The notes: generated by a model from the sequence alone, not told the origin. DNA of 64,000 nucleotides from Octopus bimaculoides (GCF_001194135.2 NC_068992.1:65380019-65444018), one strand, 5' to 3'; counted from the stretch's first letter, positions 1 through 14,059 are shown. Numbers and translations: made by a program.

Positions 1-1301
1 GACATATACGTACTTTTATAGAGACGTATAAATTTATACATACATATAAATGCATATATATGAATAATAATGTATTTTGTAATTTATAAATTATATATTT
101 ATATTTATATACGTATATATGTTTGTGTGTGTGTGTATGTGTGTGTGTGTGCGTTTGTGTTGGCTTATGAGGTAAAAACATTACGTGCGTAACTTGAACT
201 AGTTCAAAGTAGTAGAAAGATCTATCAAATAAGAAAATCTAAGCCGTACTTTCTAGACGTTGTAATCAAATTTTATTTACTTGGTTCTGCTACTTAAAGC
301 TAGATTTCCTTTCACACGTGTTTTTGACAGAATATCTATGTTGGAATCATTCTTCAACCAGAACATCGCAGAAACGTATTTAAATCAAATTCAATGAATT
401 CCCATGCATTCGCCGGTGGTTTCTTTTTGGAAATGTTTTTTTATTTCATTCCACAGAATTTCATTTTAGAGGAAGTCTCTGCTTACAAAATTGATTTATA
501 TATTTGAAGAATTGAAGAAATAATGCTTAAAAATGAAAAAGGAAGTTTTGTTAACTTTATTATGCAAACGTAATAGAGGAGGGGAAACACTCAGATATCT
601 GATATCCCTTTAGTTATGTAAACAAATGCGAAATTCTTGAGCATACTTCTTCAAGAATTAACGCCTCTGATTTACGCCTCTGATTCTTCGACGAAGAATT
701 CATAAATTATTTTGCCAACATTGCGCCATTTACGCTGCTCTCGTCGCCGCCGTTGTTGTTTCCCATCCGATCGTCCTTGGTAAAGGAAACATTAACACAG
801 GTTGTATTAGCTATTACATTATATTTGAAGGTGAAGTGGACAATATACCACATCGTGAAATGTGCCACTTTCTATGTCAGAAAGATGTAATAAAAGGACG
901 ATGCGGCTGCTATATCTAGCAGGTCCATTCACTAGGTAGAGCTTCCTTCATCTGCTCATCACTAACTTTGTTCATAGAATATAGATACCCAATGCATACG
1001 GAAAATATCCGCTTTGCCAGTTAACAACTGTTTTAGGCCGTTGTCCGTGAATATATCGTTGATAATCCTGCATGAACATTTTCCTGTCATATTCGAAGTC
1101 AATGTCCGCTGGGTTATATACAGAGACACATACGTATATGTGCGTGAGAAGGCTTGTTTTATATTTATGCATTCATATTCACCCACACATTCATAAACAT
1201 AGACATACACACATACCTTTGATCTCTATACATATTTTAAGTCACGATTACATACCTGTCACTGTAATCGTTTCTCTCCACTACTCTAAATTTTGAATTT
1301 T

Positions 1302-1342
<41 letters not shown>

Positions 1343-1352
1343 NNNNNNNNNN

Positions 1353-1391
<39 letters not shown>

Positions 1392-1737
1392 CACACCCGA
1401 AAGAATGACAATTATCTCCCCTGTCCACAATAATAACGATAACCAATTACCTCCCCTCAGATTTTTCTACTTCATTCATAAACTCCACACACAACATGGA
1501 CAAAAATATTTGTCTTAAGAAAATAGGTATTTAAAAAAGTTTTAATACTATGATGAGCAAAATCGAACCCGACAGACAAACACAATATAAAATATATCAA
1601 AATTATACTAAAACTATGTAAAGAGTGTCCATTTTCTTTCTTTAATTTCTTATATATATTCCAACTCACCACGTGGAGATAATCGAAATTCCTCTCGTTC
1701 TGTTACTATATATATATAAACTACAGAAGATTTGTAT

Positions 1738-2040
1738 TATATGGTAAAAAAATATATTAAAATCGTCATGTCAGGAAAAATGATACGAAATTTTGTGTGT
1801 GGTGTCATTGTTTTAGGAGAAATAACCGGTTTGCCATTTTCTTTTCAAATTTCTTTACCGAAGTTGTGTCATCTATTCGCTACGGTGTGATGTAGATGTC
1901 ACAGCATCGGTAAAGAAATTTGAGAAATTTAAAAAGAAAATGTGAAACTGGTTATTTCTCAAAAACAAAAAGTTACTATACACAAAATTTAGTATCATTT
2001 TCCTAACATGACGGTTTTAATAAATTTTTTTAACATTATA
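1738..2040. mobile_element. ~300-bp fold-back (long-TIR MITE-like) element
   Basis: 1738-1874 is an imperfect reverse complement of 1894-2040 (e.g. aaatttctttaccga / tcggtaaagaaattt; cgtcatgtcaggaaaa / ttttcctaacatgacg), with a 19-nt spacer and TA-rich ends. Confidence 0.75.
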
Positions 2041-4961
2041 GTTTGTTCATTCCAACTCTCTCACACAGATATATATATATATATATATATATANNNNNNN
2101 NNNNNNNNNNNNNNNNNNNNNNNNNNNNNNNNNNNNNNNNNNNNNNNNNNNNNNNNNNNNNNNNNNNNNNNNNNNNNNNNNNNNNNNNNNNNNNNNNNNN
2201 NNNNNNNNNNNNNNNNNNTATATATATGTACGTATGTATGTATACATACATATATGTACATATACATACATGTATATATTTATTTTATATACACATATAT
2301 ACACATAGTTTTGTGTGTAGGTGTGTGTATGTGTGTGTGTAATAAACATTAGTAAAAGGCAAATGAAATCCCTTTCTGAATATTTTAATGATGGCGACGG
2401 TCTATTATTCTCTCTTTGCCAAAAATAACAACAGAACCACAGAAATCAAAGATAAACCGATATATCGGTTCTCTTTTATATGCACTACCTATACAGGACT
2501 TTGTAATAATCAATACTTACTCTCAGCTAAACTACATATGGGTGACAACACGTTGCACAGTAAAGGTATAAAATTCTAACAATATTTCAGTTCTTTTATG
2601 TATTTATTATCAGCAATGATGTATATTTCTTATTTATGTCTTTGTTCTTTGTTTACTTGTCTTCATTGATTCTGCGATGAAAAGTAAATATATGAAATGA
2701 CTGCTTTTCTGTCCTCCAACACGCCGCTGAATTTCAGCTCCAGAATCTGTTGTCAATATTGTAGATAAAATAGTTTATACGTCCGTGTACGTTACTGATG
2801 AGAACGTAAGAAAAACAAATTAAGGTGACTAGATTTGAGTTCACGATGAACCTCATTAATTAGCAATAATCAGATCAGTTTAACTCCATCTTTTAACTTT
2901 TACATGTTTCTGTCACTCTAATCAGACCAAAATAAAACAGGTAGTAATCTTTAAACTAATCATGTGATCTTTTTCCGAATGATCTTATTCCAACAAACAA
3001 GAAATTCTTTATTAATTTGTGAAGCAATAAGATAATACAAGATATTTATAAGGTTCAACCATGAAAGCTTAACAAACGAGGGATATAGATTGCAATACAC
3101 ACCGAGCAAACACAAGAGCGATGTAGAACAACAACTGTGAAGAAAAAACAATCCGTTCTGAGGAGTTGATAAATGTAACGAAAAGTTACTGCATCGAATT
3201 TATCCATTTCAGTATGTAAACCGAATGAGATATATAAACCAGATAATCGAGATACTGAAGTGCACAGGAAACGGTACACAAAAGGTATATAAAAACGTAA
3301 TTTCAAAAGAATTTCTTATGTCTTTCGGAAGAAACATGGTGACCAGAAGTATTTTAAAGTGTACAGCAACGAACTCTATATGTTTTGCCTGAAACATAAG
3401 TATCAAGAAAATGGTAGTGTGTGTGAGAGCGCGCGTGTGTGTTTATGTGTGTGTGTGTGTGTATGNNNNNNNNNNGCCTATATATGTACGTGCATACGTA
3501 TGTGTGTATGTATGTACGTACGTATGTATTTGTGTATGTACGTATGTACGTATGTGTGAATGTTTGTATGTACGTACGTATGTATATATGAATGCACGTA
3601 CGTACGTGCGTACGTATGTACGTACGTACGTATATACTTATGTATGTATGTTTGAATAGTATTATGTATGTATGTATATGTCTACCAAGTTCGCTTGCTT
3701 GCGATTTGTGGTTTCCCCGTTAAATTTGTTATTGCAGATGCGACCTCTCTGTCAATCGATATTTTAATGGAAGCATTTAAAGAAATGTAAATATAAACGA
3801 ATTGGACAAAAATATTAATAAGTAAAGGGAAAACAGAGAAGGATATTTTGATTAAATTTAGGAGGCAAAAGCAAAGTTTTCTCAGGAAATTCACAGGAAA
3901 TATAAACGCCACTTATATTTAAATGTATCCACTACTAATGCACCAGCGGATTATGTAAATTTCAGATGTGCTTTCTTACATATGTCTATGTGTGTCGATG
4001 TGTGTGTGTGCGTGTATACATATACGTATATGTATGTGGATGCGTGTATATATATATATATACATATATATATNNNNNNNNNNNNNNNNNNNNNNNNNNN
4101 NNNNNNNNNNNNNNNNNNNNNNNNNNNNNNNNNNNNNNNNNNNNNNNNNNNNNNNNNNNNNNNNNNNNNNNNNNNNNNNNNNNNNNNNNNNNNNNNNNNN
4201 NNNNNNNNNNNNNNNNNNNNNNNNNNNNNNNNNNNNNNNNNNNNNNNNNNNNNNNNNNNNNNNNNNNNNNNNNNNNNNNNNNNNNNNNNNNNNNNNNNNN
4301 NNNNNNNNNNNNNNNNNNNNNNNNNNNNNNNNNNNNNNNNNNNNNNNNNNNNNNNNNNNNNNNNNNNNNNNNNNNNNNNNNNNNNNNNNNNNNNNNNNNN
4401 NNNNNNNNNNNNNNNNNNNNNNNNNNNNNNNNNNNNNNNNNNNNNNNNNNNNNNNNNNNNNNNNNNNNNNNNNNNNNNNNNNNNNNNNNNNNNNNNNNNN
4501 NNNNNNNNNNNNNNNNNNNNNNNNNNNNNNNNNNNNNNNNNNNNNNNNNNNNNNNNNNNNNNNNNNNNNNNNNNNNNNNNNNNNNNNNNNNNNNNNNNNN
4601 NNNNNNNNNNNNNNNNNNNNNNNNNNNNNNNNNNNNNNNNNNNNNNNNNNNNNNNNNNNNNNNNNNNNNNNNNNNNNNNNNNNNNNNNNNNNNNNNNNNN
4701 NNNNNNNNNNNNNNNNNNNNNNNNNNNNNNNNNNNNNNNNNNNNNNNNNNNNNNNNNNNNNNNNNNNNNNNNNNNNNNNNNNNNNNNNNNNNNNNNNNNN
4801 NNNNNNNNNNNNNNNNNNNNNNNNNNNNNNNNNNNNNNNNNNNNNNNNNNNNNNNNNNNNNNNNNNNNNNNNNNNNNNNNNNNNNNNNNNNNNNNNNNNN
4901 NNNNNNNNNNNNNNNNNNNNNNNNNNNNNNNNNNNNNNNNNNNNNNNNNNNNNNNNNNNNN

Positions 4962-4996
<35 letters not shown>

Positions 4997-5444
4997 TTAT
5001 CCAGAATATATTATTAGATGGATGATTAAACAAGTAGATAGATTTAAGGAAGCCCCGATGGTAGGACCCACATCTTATTCCGATCTTTAATCATGAGTTA
5101 ACTTTCTATTTCTAAAAATTCCATTTGTTTACATACCTCGACACCCACAAACACACACATGCATGCGTACACACATAAAAATACGCACACATATATTTAA
5201 ACACACACACATGCACACCTGTAAATAGACATGTCATGCATTAAGTCAAAAAGGCAATATGTAAATCATAAATCAAGAGGGAATAACTTACTAATGCATA
5301 TGCATAAAGTGTGTTTTGAAAATAAAGTTGATCACTACATGCACAGGCGCACGCACACAAACACGCATACACACAGTCAGATATGTGTGTTTGTGCATGT
5401 AGTGATTTACAATTTACGAATATATATATATAAATATATTTATA

Positions 5445-5478
<34 letters not shown>

Positions 5479-6425
5479 NNNNNNNNNNNNNNNNNNNNNN
5501 NNNNNNNNNNNNNNNNNNNNNNNNNNNNNNNNNNNNNNNNNNNNNNNNNNNNNNNNNNNNNNNNNNNNNNNNNNNNNNNNNNNNNNNNNNNNNNNNNNNN
5601 NNNNNNNNNNNNNNNNNNNNNNNNNNNNNNNNNNNNNNNNNNNNNNNNNNNNNNNNNNNNNNNNNNNNNNNNNNNNNNNNNNNNNNNNNNNNNNNNNNNN
5701 NNNNNNNNNNNNNNNNNNNNNNNNNNNNNNNNNNNNNNNNNNNNNNNNNNNNNNNNNNNNNNNNNNNNNNNNNNNNNNNNNNNNNNNNNNNNNNNNNNNN
5801 NNNNNNNNNNNNNNNNNNNNNNNNNNNNNNNNNNNNNNNNNNNNNNNNNNNNNNNNNNNNNNNNNNNNNNNNNNNNNNNNNNNNNNNNNNNNNNNNNNNN
5901 NNNNNNNNNNNNNNNNNNNNNNNNNNNNNNNNNNNNNNNNNNNNNNNNNNNNNNNNNNNNNNNNNNNNNNNNNNNNNNNNNNNNNNNNNNNNNNNNNNNN
6001 NNNNNNNNNNNNNNNNNNNNNNNNNNNNNNNNNNNNNNNNNNNNNNNNNNNNNNNNNNNNNNNNNNNNNNNNNNNNNNNNNNNNNNNNNNNNNNNNNNNN
6101 NNNNNNNNNNNNNNNNNNNNNNNNNNNNNNNNNNNNNNNNNNNNNNNNNNNNNNNNNNNNNNNNNNNNNNNNNNNNNNNNNNNNNNNNNNNNNNNNNNNN
6201 NNNNNNNNNNNNNNNNNNNNNNNNNNNNNNNNNNNNNNNNNNNNNNNNNNNNNNNNNNNNNNNNNNNNNNNNNNNNNNNNNNNNNNNNNNNNNNNNNNNN
6301 NNNNNNNNNNNNNNNNNNNNNNNNNNNNNNNNNNNNNNNNNNNNNNNNNNNCATGGGTCGAGAGCCCGATGGATGGATACGTGTATGTAAACACGTATGT
6401 ATTAATTATTAATCAGTTTACTTAC

Positions 6426-6961
6426 CAATCAAAGGAACGAATTCTGAAGTGGCAGGCATATTTTCGGCAATTAGCAACATGAAGACGGAAAAGGCTAAGA
6501 GAACTGTTAATCCTAGCGTCACCTTTTCGCCAGAATCTGGAGGGAGACAGAAGCCCGTTAAGGAGAGGGTAGATAGAAGGACGCACGGTATAATTACATT
6601 AAAACAATAGTACAATATCCTTCTTCGAACTTGTACGTAGAACGTCACATCTGGGAAAGGTTCCGGACAGCAGGGATATGTTATTTCATTTCGTATCACT
6701 TTTGTGGCGACTAACGTCCATTCACCATTATTCACATAATTAGATAGATCAATATTATCTGTGAGGTTTGTAACATCGACTTGGAAGCCATCATAAGCCC
6801 AAGATCCGAGCTTTAGCTTACAAATCTGGTCATCGAATGGGAAATAAGTGATGTCCATTTTGCATGAACTACGCATGCGCACAATTGGCGGCCAAAATAC
6901 ACTTCCGTTAGCTTCAATCATTGCAAGACTTTTCATATATCCCTGATTGAGGCTTTCGGCA
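6426..6961 (-). CDS. nAChR alpha-type subunit, large exon: loops E/B/F/C, Cys-loop, M1, M2, M2-M3 linker
   Basis: AESLNQGYMKSLAMIEANGSVFWPPIVRMRSSCKMDITYFPFDDQICKLKLGSWAYDG...YPCCPEPFPD...PPDSGEKVTLGLTVLLAFSVFMLLIAENMPATSEFVPLI(G). Acceptor ttttttcag at 6970-6962, donor GTAAGT at 6425. 536 nt, phase 2 to 1. The alpha7/alpha9/alpha10-like subtype cannot be fixed without a phylogeny. Confidence 0.98.
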
Positions 6962-7106
6962 CTGAAAAAAAGAAAACAGAATACAAAAAATCACAACGTA
7001 TAGAAGCGGTCAACGTATCGAATTCTTCAAGAAAGTCACTTTTAAAATTGTTAGTTGTTGGAAAATCTATTAACGATAATTATTACGATAGAGAACAGTA
7101 TAATAT

Positions 7107-7318
7107 CGGCTTCCAATTTTGGCACAAGGCCAGCATTTTCGGATTAGGGCGTATGTCGAGTACATCAACTTCAGTTCTCAGACGGTACTTATTTTATCGA
7201 TCCCCCCAAAAAAGGCTAGGTCAACCACAGCAGAATTTGAAATCGGAACGTAAAAACGGACGAAATGCCGCTAAACACTTTGCCCAGCACGATGACAATT
7301 CTGCCCACTAACTGCCTT
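7107..7318 (-). mobile_element. SINE-like family A copy
   Basis: Shares motifs ggcacaaggcc...gtacttattttatcga...gaatttgaa...gaacgtaaa with the other family A copies. Confidence 0.8.
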
Positions 7319-7681
7319 ATAACAGGATAATTTTAATGAAGAAAGCCTATCCATTACATATATAGATAAATAGATTGATAGACAGAGAAAAGGACAGACA
7401 GATAGATGAATTGACTGATAAATACATACATCAACAGATGTCCATGAATAAACAATGTTGATATACGCAGTGCTGAAGTATGCTATATATATATATATAT
7501 ATACATATATACAAATATTTTATAATTATGTTTACAATTATAGAATATTTGTATAATTTTACCTAAACTAGTTATTTTAACGTACCAAACTACTTGGTGA
7601 GATTATTTATGATTAATTAATTAATTGATTAATTTTACCCTTTTATTATTATGGAAATTATATATATATATATATATATAT

Positions 7682-7717
<36 letters not shown>

Positions 7718-7784
7718 TTTTAGTTTATTGAATGCCACGTTGAAGGAAGCAGTGTAGATAGAGAAATGATTACGATTGTCTCAC

Positions 7785-7894
7785 CTGTTGTAGAGAACTA
7801 TGTCTGGGCGCCAAATGAAGTCACAAGGAATTCTAAACTTAGTGATCCCACTGAAGTCGTTTGGATCCCAGTGGAGTTTCTCATCAAACCACGA
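7785..7894 (-). CDS. nAChR alpha-type subunit, 110-nt exon with loop A (equivalent to exon 4)
   Basis: Absent from the ORF track; read manually as [36 protein letters not shown](S). Acceptor tttccttttag, donor GTGAGA at 7784. 110 nt is the conserved size of this nAChR exon. It ends in AG, and the next exon's first T completes Ser. Confidence 0.96.
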
Positions 7895-8006
7895 CTAAAA
7901 GGAAATATACATTTACACTTAGTGAATAGCCAACAACAACCGCAACAACAACAATAATAATAATAACAATAATAATGAAAAATTTAATAATAATAATGAT
8001 GATGAT

Positions 8007-8212
8007 TTCAAATTTTGACACAAGGCAATTTCGGGGTGGGGGTAAGTCGATTACATCGACTGCGGTACTCATCTGGTACTTATTTTATCGACCCCAAAAG
8101 GATGTAGGGTATAGTCGACCTCGGCGGAATTTGAACTCAGAACGTAAAGTCAGACGAAATGCCGTTAAGAAGTTTGTCCGGCGTGCTGACCATTCTGCCA
8201 GTTCACCGCCTG
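8007..8212 (-). mobile_element. SINE-like family A copy
   Basis: ctggtacttattttatcgacccc...gtcgacctcggcggaatttgaactcagaacgtaaag; well preserved. Confidence 0.85.
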
Positions 8213-8271
<59 letters not shown>

Positions 8272-8594
8272 CAACAACAACAACATGCATCTTTTGATGT
8301 GATGGTTTCTGAATTTGGAAATTTCTTCTATATAAAGCTCCCCATTTATGTTGAGCAGTGTTTGTCAACTGGAAGCGAGGTCTAATAAAGATTGAAAGAA
8401 TTGTCATTGCAAATCACTATGAGAACGCAAAAGGAATCTCTCACAGCCCGCTCGCCATTCCAATTATAACGACCCGGAGACATGGAACAATAATCATCAA
8501 CTTCGAATGAAATAAAGTCAAATTTAATACCAACAGCATTTTAACTGTTGCAGAGACAGAAACATAGGCAACTGGATCGGCAGCATTAAAGTAA

Positions 8595-8680
8595 ATGACA
8601 TCAATCCAATGATCCATTTGTACCTTATTTCATCGACACAAAAAGAAGAAAAATTACATCAATAGGAATTGAACACGAGA
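8595..8680 (-). mobile_element. SINE-like family A, degraded partial copy
   Basis: gtaccttatttcatcgac...ggaattgaac core similarity. Confidence 0.45.
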
Positions 8681-9826
8681 TCCATAAATATACATTTCAC
8701 TGTATTTAGTCGCACATCTAAGCTACTCTACTATTAATTTTATCAGAAGTAACAGTGATGACATCATAGGATCTTCAGAACTGAACTAACAAGATTGCAG
8801 TGGTGTTGACCCTCACTGACTGAATTTTAAATCAATGTGGGACACTTTATATATTTATCAGCTTAAAGTTGCAGAAATTTTTACTTTTTATATCTCTGAT
8901 GAATAAACTTTCCTTATGATTTTTCCAATAAAAGGACTTTGACTATCATAATTTCATTTTGTAAGAGGAACCTTCTATTAAGTGATATTGAATCGATACG
9001 ATACAGATCTATTGATCTACAATAAATGATTGCGTATTAAATCTTACATTAAACCAAATCTAAATCTAAAATCTGTCATTTAGTTTCTCTGATTACGATT
9101 GTAATCAATATAACATTTCCAGTTCAATTCTCGGTTAGAATATTCCAGATGCAACTGTTAAACACATTTAAATTTTACTTTTTTTTTTGTTCTTAAGAAT
9201 TTCGTTTTGATTTTTCAAAACCAATACAATTCCTGATATAAACGACATTTCTACATTTCTAATCTACTTTTCATTCTTATATACTTATTCTTTCATTCAT
9301 TCTTTCATTACAAGAAACACACCCCCGATTCGAAATAGAGAAAGAAAAATGTGAAACCTGCTTACCGATCAATATTTCCAACAATGTTTTCCAAGTTTAT
9401 AGTTTTTTTATGATCTAAGATGAAGAAAGCCATTGTGTCTTGGCATAAAATAATCGATTTCGAGAAATATTTTTTTCCTTACTTATATAGGCGGCTGATT
9501 CTCAATAACCGTTCTATTTTCAACTCATAAAGGTAATTGTTTTATTTCATATTATAAGAAATCAAGAAGACAAGAAATGATGTAAACGGTAAAAAAGTTG
9601 TACAATTGATTTTCTTATATAAGCTTAGGTCCTTTGGTATGTTTAAAGCAATGCGAATGCGAGATTCAGTGGCATTCATGCGTCTTCCAATGGCCTTTTT
9701 TCTATAAGAGAAAATTCGATATGACTCTGAGCATGACCTGTGGTCGAATTAAAATCCTCATTCGACCACCACAAGCTATGCGGTTTACGAAGTCAAAAAG
9801 AGAGGCAGATAGATCGAGAGAGAAAG

Positions 9827-9876
<50 letters not shown>

Positions 9877-9922
9877 TACGAAAGAGAGAGATGCAGGAGA
9901 AGGCATGGAGAAAGCGAAAACA

Positions 9923-9954
<32 letters not shown>

Positions 9955-10423
9955 GTATATACAAGCATTTTTCGTGTGTAATTTCCTTAGAGAAAACACG
10001 GTAATCCCACGATAGATTATTCATGAAATAACAGACAGCAGATATTATTAAAAATGATAATGATGATTTTGATGATGATGATACTGATGATGATGGTGAT
10101 GATGATGACGATGGAGACCACGACGACGACGACAACGATGATTGTGGTGGTGATAATAATAATGATAACAATAGTAATAATACACTATGTCCCGCACATA
10201 TGGTTGTAATTCATGTGCCTGGTTTACGCTTATCAAACGGATAGTCGTGATGCGTATACCGGGATTCGTATATTTGTAGCCCAGTGTTACTTTGATGGCA
10301 TGCAGGCACTGCACACATCCTATGCAAAATACATATTCAATACAGTAACCATAAGAGCGTCACAACAAACCACAGCACATACCCAAGGCACACAGAACTG
10401 CGCTCGGTAGTGAAGTGAAAGCA

Positions 10424-11301
10424 NNNNNNNNNNNNNNNNNNNNNNNNNNNNNNNNNNNNNNNNNNNNNNNNNNNNNNNNNNNNNNNNNNNNNNNNNNNNN
10501 NNNNNNNNNNNNNNNNNNNNNNNNNNNNNNNNNNNNNNNNNNNNNNNNNNNNNNNNNNNNNNNNNNNNNNNNNNNNNNNNNNNNNNNNNNNNNNNNNNNN
10601 NNNNNNNNNNNNNNNNNNNNNNNNNNNNNNNNNNNNNNNNNNNNNNNNNNNNNNNNNNNNNNNNNNNNNNNNNNNNNNNNNNNNNNNNNNNNNNNNNNNN
10701 NNNNNNNNNNNNNNNNNNNNNNNNNNNNNNNNNNNNNNNNNNNNNNNNNNNNNNNNNNNNNNNNNNNNNNNNNNNNNNNNNNNNNNNNNNNNNNNNNNNN
10801 NNNNNNNNNNNNNNNNNNNNNNNNNNNNNNNNNNNNNNNNNNNNNNNNNNNNNNNNNNNNNNNNNNNNNNNNNNNNNNNNNNNNNNNNNNNNNNNNNNNN
10901 NNNNNNNNNNNNNNNNNNNNNNNNNNNNNNNNNNNNNNNNNNNNNNNNNNNNNNNNNNNNNNNNNNNNNNNNNNNNNNNNNNNNNNNNNNNNNNNNNNNN
11001 NNNNNNNNNNNNNNNNNNNNNNNNNNNNNNNNNNNNNNNNNNNNNNNNNNNNNNNNNNNNNNNNNNNNNNNNNNNNNNNNNNNNNNNNNNNNNNNNNNNN
11101 NNNNNNNNNNNNNNNNNNNNNNNNNNNNNNNNNNNNNNNNNNNNNNNNNNNNNNNNNNNNNNNNNNNNNNNNNNNNNNNNNNNNNNNNNNNNNNNNNNNN
11201 NNNNNNNNNNNNNNNNNNNNNNNNNNNNNNNNNNNNNNNNNNNNNNNNNNNNNNNNNNNNNNNNNNNNNNNNNNNNNNNNNNNNNNNNNNNNNNNNNNNN
11301 N
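10424..11301. other. Assembly gap (878 N) inside the nAChR intron; one of 15 N-runs in the window, most flanked by microsatellites
   Basis: N-run. Other large gaps at 4074-4961, 5479-6351, 52048-52658 and 57674-58606. Confidence 1.
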
Positions 11302-11361
<60 letters not shown>

Positions 11362-13002
11362 TGAGTAAGCTTATGTTTCCAAAGACAACCGCACCAACAG
11401 TAATCTTATAAATGCACAGAGATTAAATGCTTTAACATTGCTATGCTGATACCTCGAATTCTTGCGACTGAGACACCCGCGACGCGCAATACCGTTGATT
11501 GCGTAACATAATCGCCGTATCATATAAGAAAATATCTGCAGAGACTCGGCGGTTGAATAATAAGCATATCATAACCTCTCAACTGATGGAATGTACGAAT
11601 CCGTACGTGTTGCTCAAATTTGTATAAAATGTTCAGAGAATTTGTACACATGTAGCAACAGAATCTTTCAAGTCTATGATGATCAAATTTGCCATTTACC
11701 CACTTCTTATTTCTCTGATCGGATATTAATGGCCATAATATATAGTATGGAAGTAATGTTTAGAATCTAATTTGTATTAAACGTATTAAAGTAATGCGAA
11801 TTAATAAAATATTCATGGCATATAATCAGTTGTGTAAGCGATTAATATTATTCTTTATATTTCATTACTTCGAAATAAAATCAACAATAATACGCTTAAG
11901 AGGATTTCAGAGCATCTGAAATTACTATCGATGTATATTTGTGTGTGTGTGTGTGTGTCCTTCTTCTTCGTATCCATTTCCCGATTTCCAACCCCTTCCT
12001 ACATAATCTCTATTCTACTCAAACATCCCATAATCACACTTTAATTTATTGTTTTGGTTCCTGATGACATCAGGCAAAAACCAAGGTCTGAAGGACGCAC
12101 AATGTGACAAAAAAACCTTTCATGCAAGTTTCATGACGTGCCACTCAAATGTCTAAAACCGATGACGTTTCTGCCATCTCACTTCCTTGTTGTCAAGTAA
12201 TAAGAAACACTTTTACGTCAAACTAAAGAATTACTAAATGCTTGAACTAGAGTACGTCTATAAAACTTCTATAAGAACAATGTAGCGTGTATAAAGAATG
12301 GTGACAGTGACATCGGAGTTGATGCCTGAAAAACCCTGTCGTCTGTATGTCTATGTATATATATGTGTACGTAACATCATATATTTACAAAAGTGCAAAT
12401 ATCCTTCATATAAATATAATATTCAAATCGAAAAGAAACTCCAATGCCATTCATTATACACGCTACATTACTCTGAGTTTCCTTGACATCAACCAATGAT
12501 ATCTACAGATCATATTTTTCATCACTTTAGATACACGTATCGCATTTCTAAAGTGAAATTATTTTAAAATTCACTTCAACCGGCAGGAAAACATATGTTA
12601 AAGAAATATTCGGAAAAACATAAAAGGAAAAAATATTTAAATAAAACCACACCCAGGACAAATTGAAGTAGAGAAAAAACATTAATAAGCATTTAAGTAC
12701 AGGAAATGAAACATCTATTTGAGAGCAGCCTAAGGCAAGAACCTCTACTCATAATTTCTTCTTGAACCTTTTGTGTAAGAAGATACCTCTTAGAAAGAAA
12801 TGTATTTAGGAAAATAAAGTCGATATCAACGAAATAAGCACGAAATGTGCGTTTACTTTTCAAATCATTTCAATTCAATAGAATTCTTGGAGAGAGAGAC
12901 AGAAGAATTCCGTGACACAGAAAGTGTTCGATATATGAAGAAGGTAAACTATATGAAGGATTTAATTTTTAAAGTGTGTCTCTATAAGTATGCATGTGTG
13001 TG

Positions 13003-13045
<43 letters not shown>

Positions 13046-13209
13046 ATGTGGGCGTGTGATATTTGTGCATGTATATATATATATATATATACATATATAT
13101 ATACATATATACAACACTCACACACACAAACACATATATATAGCATATACATATATACATGTATGCGTATATGTATATAGTGTTATTCACACACACATAT
13201 ATATAAAGT

Positions 13210-13250
<41 letters not shown>

Positions 13251-13268
13251 AATAATAATAATAATAAT

Positions 13269-13312
<44 letters not shown>

Positions 13313-13536
13313 TAATAATAATAATGATAATAAAGCTTGCAGCAAATCATTTTTGTATTATATATTCCTTCTATTATCTCGTTATACTTGTTTTGTAATT
13401 TATATAAATATGCAAAGAAATGTAACCTGCGTGCGTAATTGCAAATAATAGTTTTAATTCGCCTATGTGCTATCTAAATATATTTTGTGTCACGCAACAA
13501 TAATACTTTTGGAATTTTAGAAGAATGATATAGGAA

Positions 13537-13572
<36 letters not shown>

Positions 13573-13806
13573 GAATGAAATAACAATAAGGAAATACGTG
13601 ACATTATAGAAGTAAATTACAATATAACTTAAAAACACAAACAAACAAACATTAGATTATATAAGAATTATAGATATATAAACAAATTCACAAAATATTG
13701 GAGGAAGAAAATTCATTAATGAAATGTGAAATACGCTGAAAACTACTACTACTGTTGCTGCTGCTGCTGCGGCTGCTGTTGCTGTTACTGTTACTACTAC
13801 TACTGG

Positions 13807-13837
<31 letters not shown>

Positions 13838-13906
13838 AATGAGAAGGAGGAGGAGGATACTATTCATAATAACAAATCCGTTGTCGAATAATTTTTTCTG
13901 TGCGTG

Positions 13907-13947
<41 letters not shown>

Positions 13948-14059
13948 NNNNNNNNNNACACACACACACACACACGCACACACACACACACACACACATG
14001 TATATGTATATATATATGCATAGCAATTCATGTATAAACATATAAATGTATAGGTGCGT

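Noticed and set aside
972-1172. Protein-like ORF ...YNPADIDFEYDRKMFMQDYQRYIHG...
   Set aside because: No recognisable homology or splice signals. It adjoins a dispersed repeat piece (~880-950) that recurs at ~27140-27200, and it is not the nAChR M3 exon.
3055-3306. ORF with FFFTVVVLH, superficially like nAChR M3
   Set aside because: Lacks the Y...M...S...TV.VLN.H pattern and suitable phase-1 splice sites.
3951-6412. Long ORFs of 300-390 aa in the track (also 10415-11368, 48166-48668, 57584-58743)
   Set aside because: They are made of N runs and dinucleotide repeats.
9740-9769. GTGGTCGA...TCGACCA hairpins at ~9740 and ~49358
   Set aside because: Short, with different loops. They resemble the gtggtcattc..cc motif of a dispersed repeat, and there is no Helitron CTRR end or other support.
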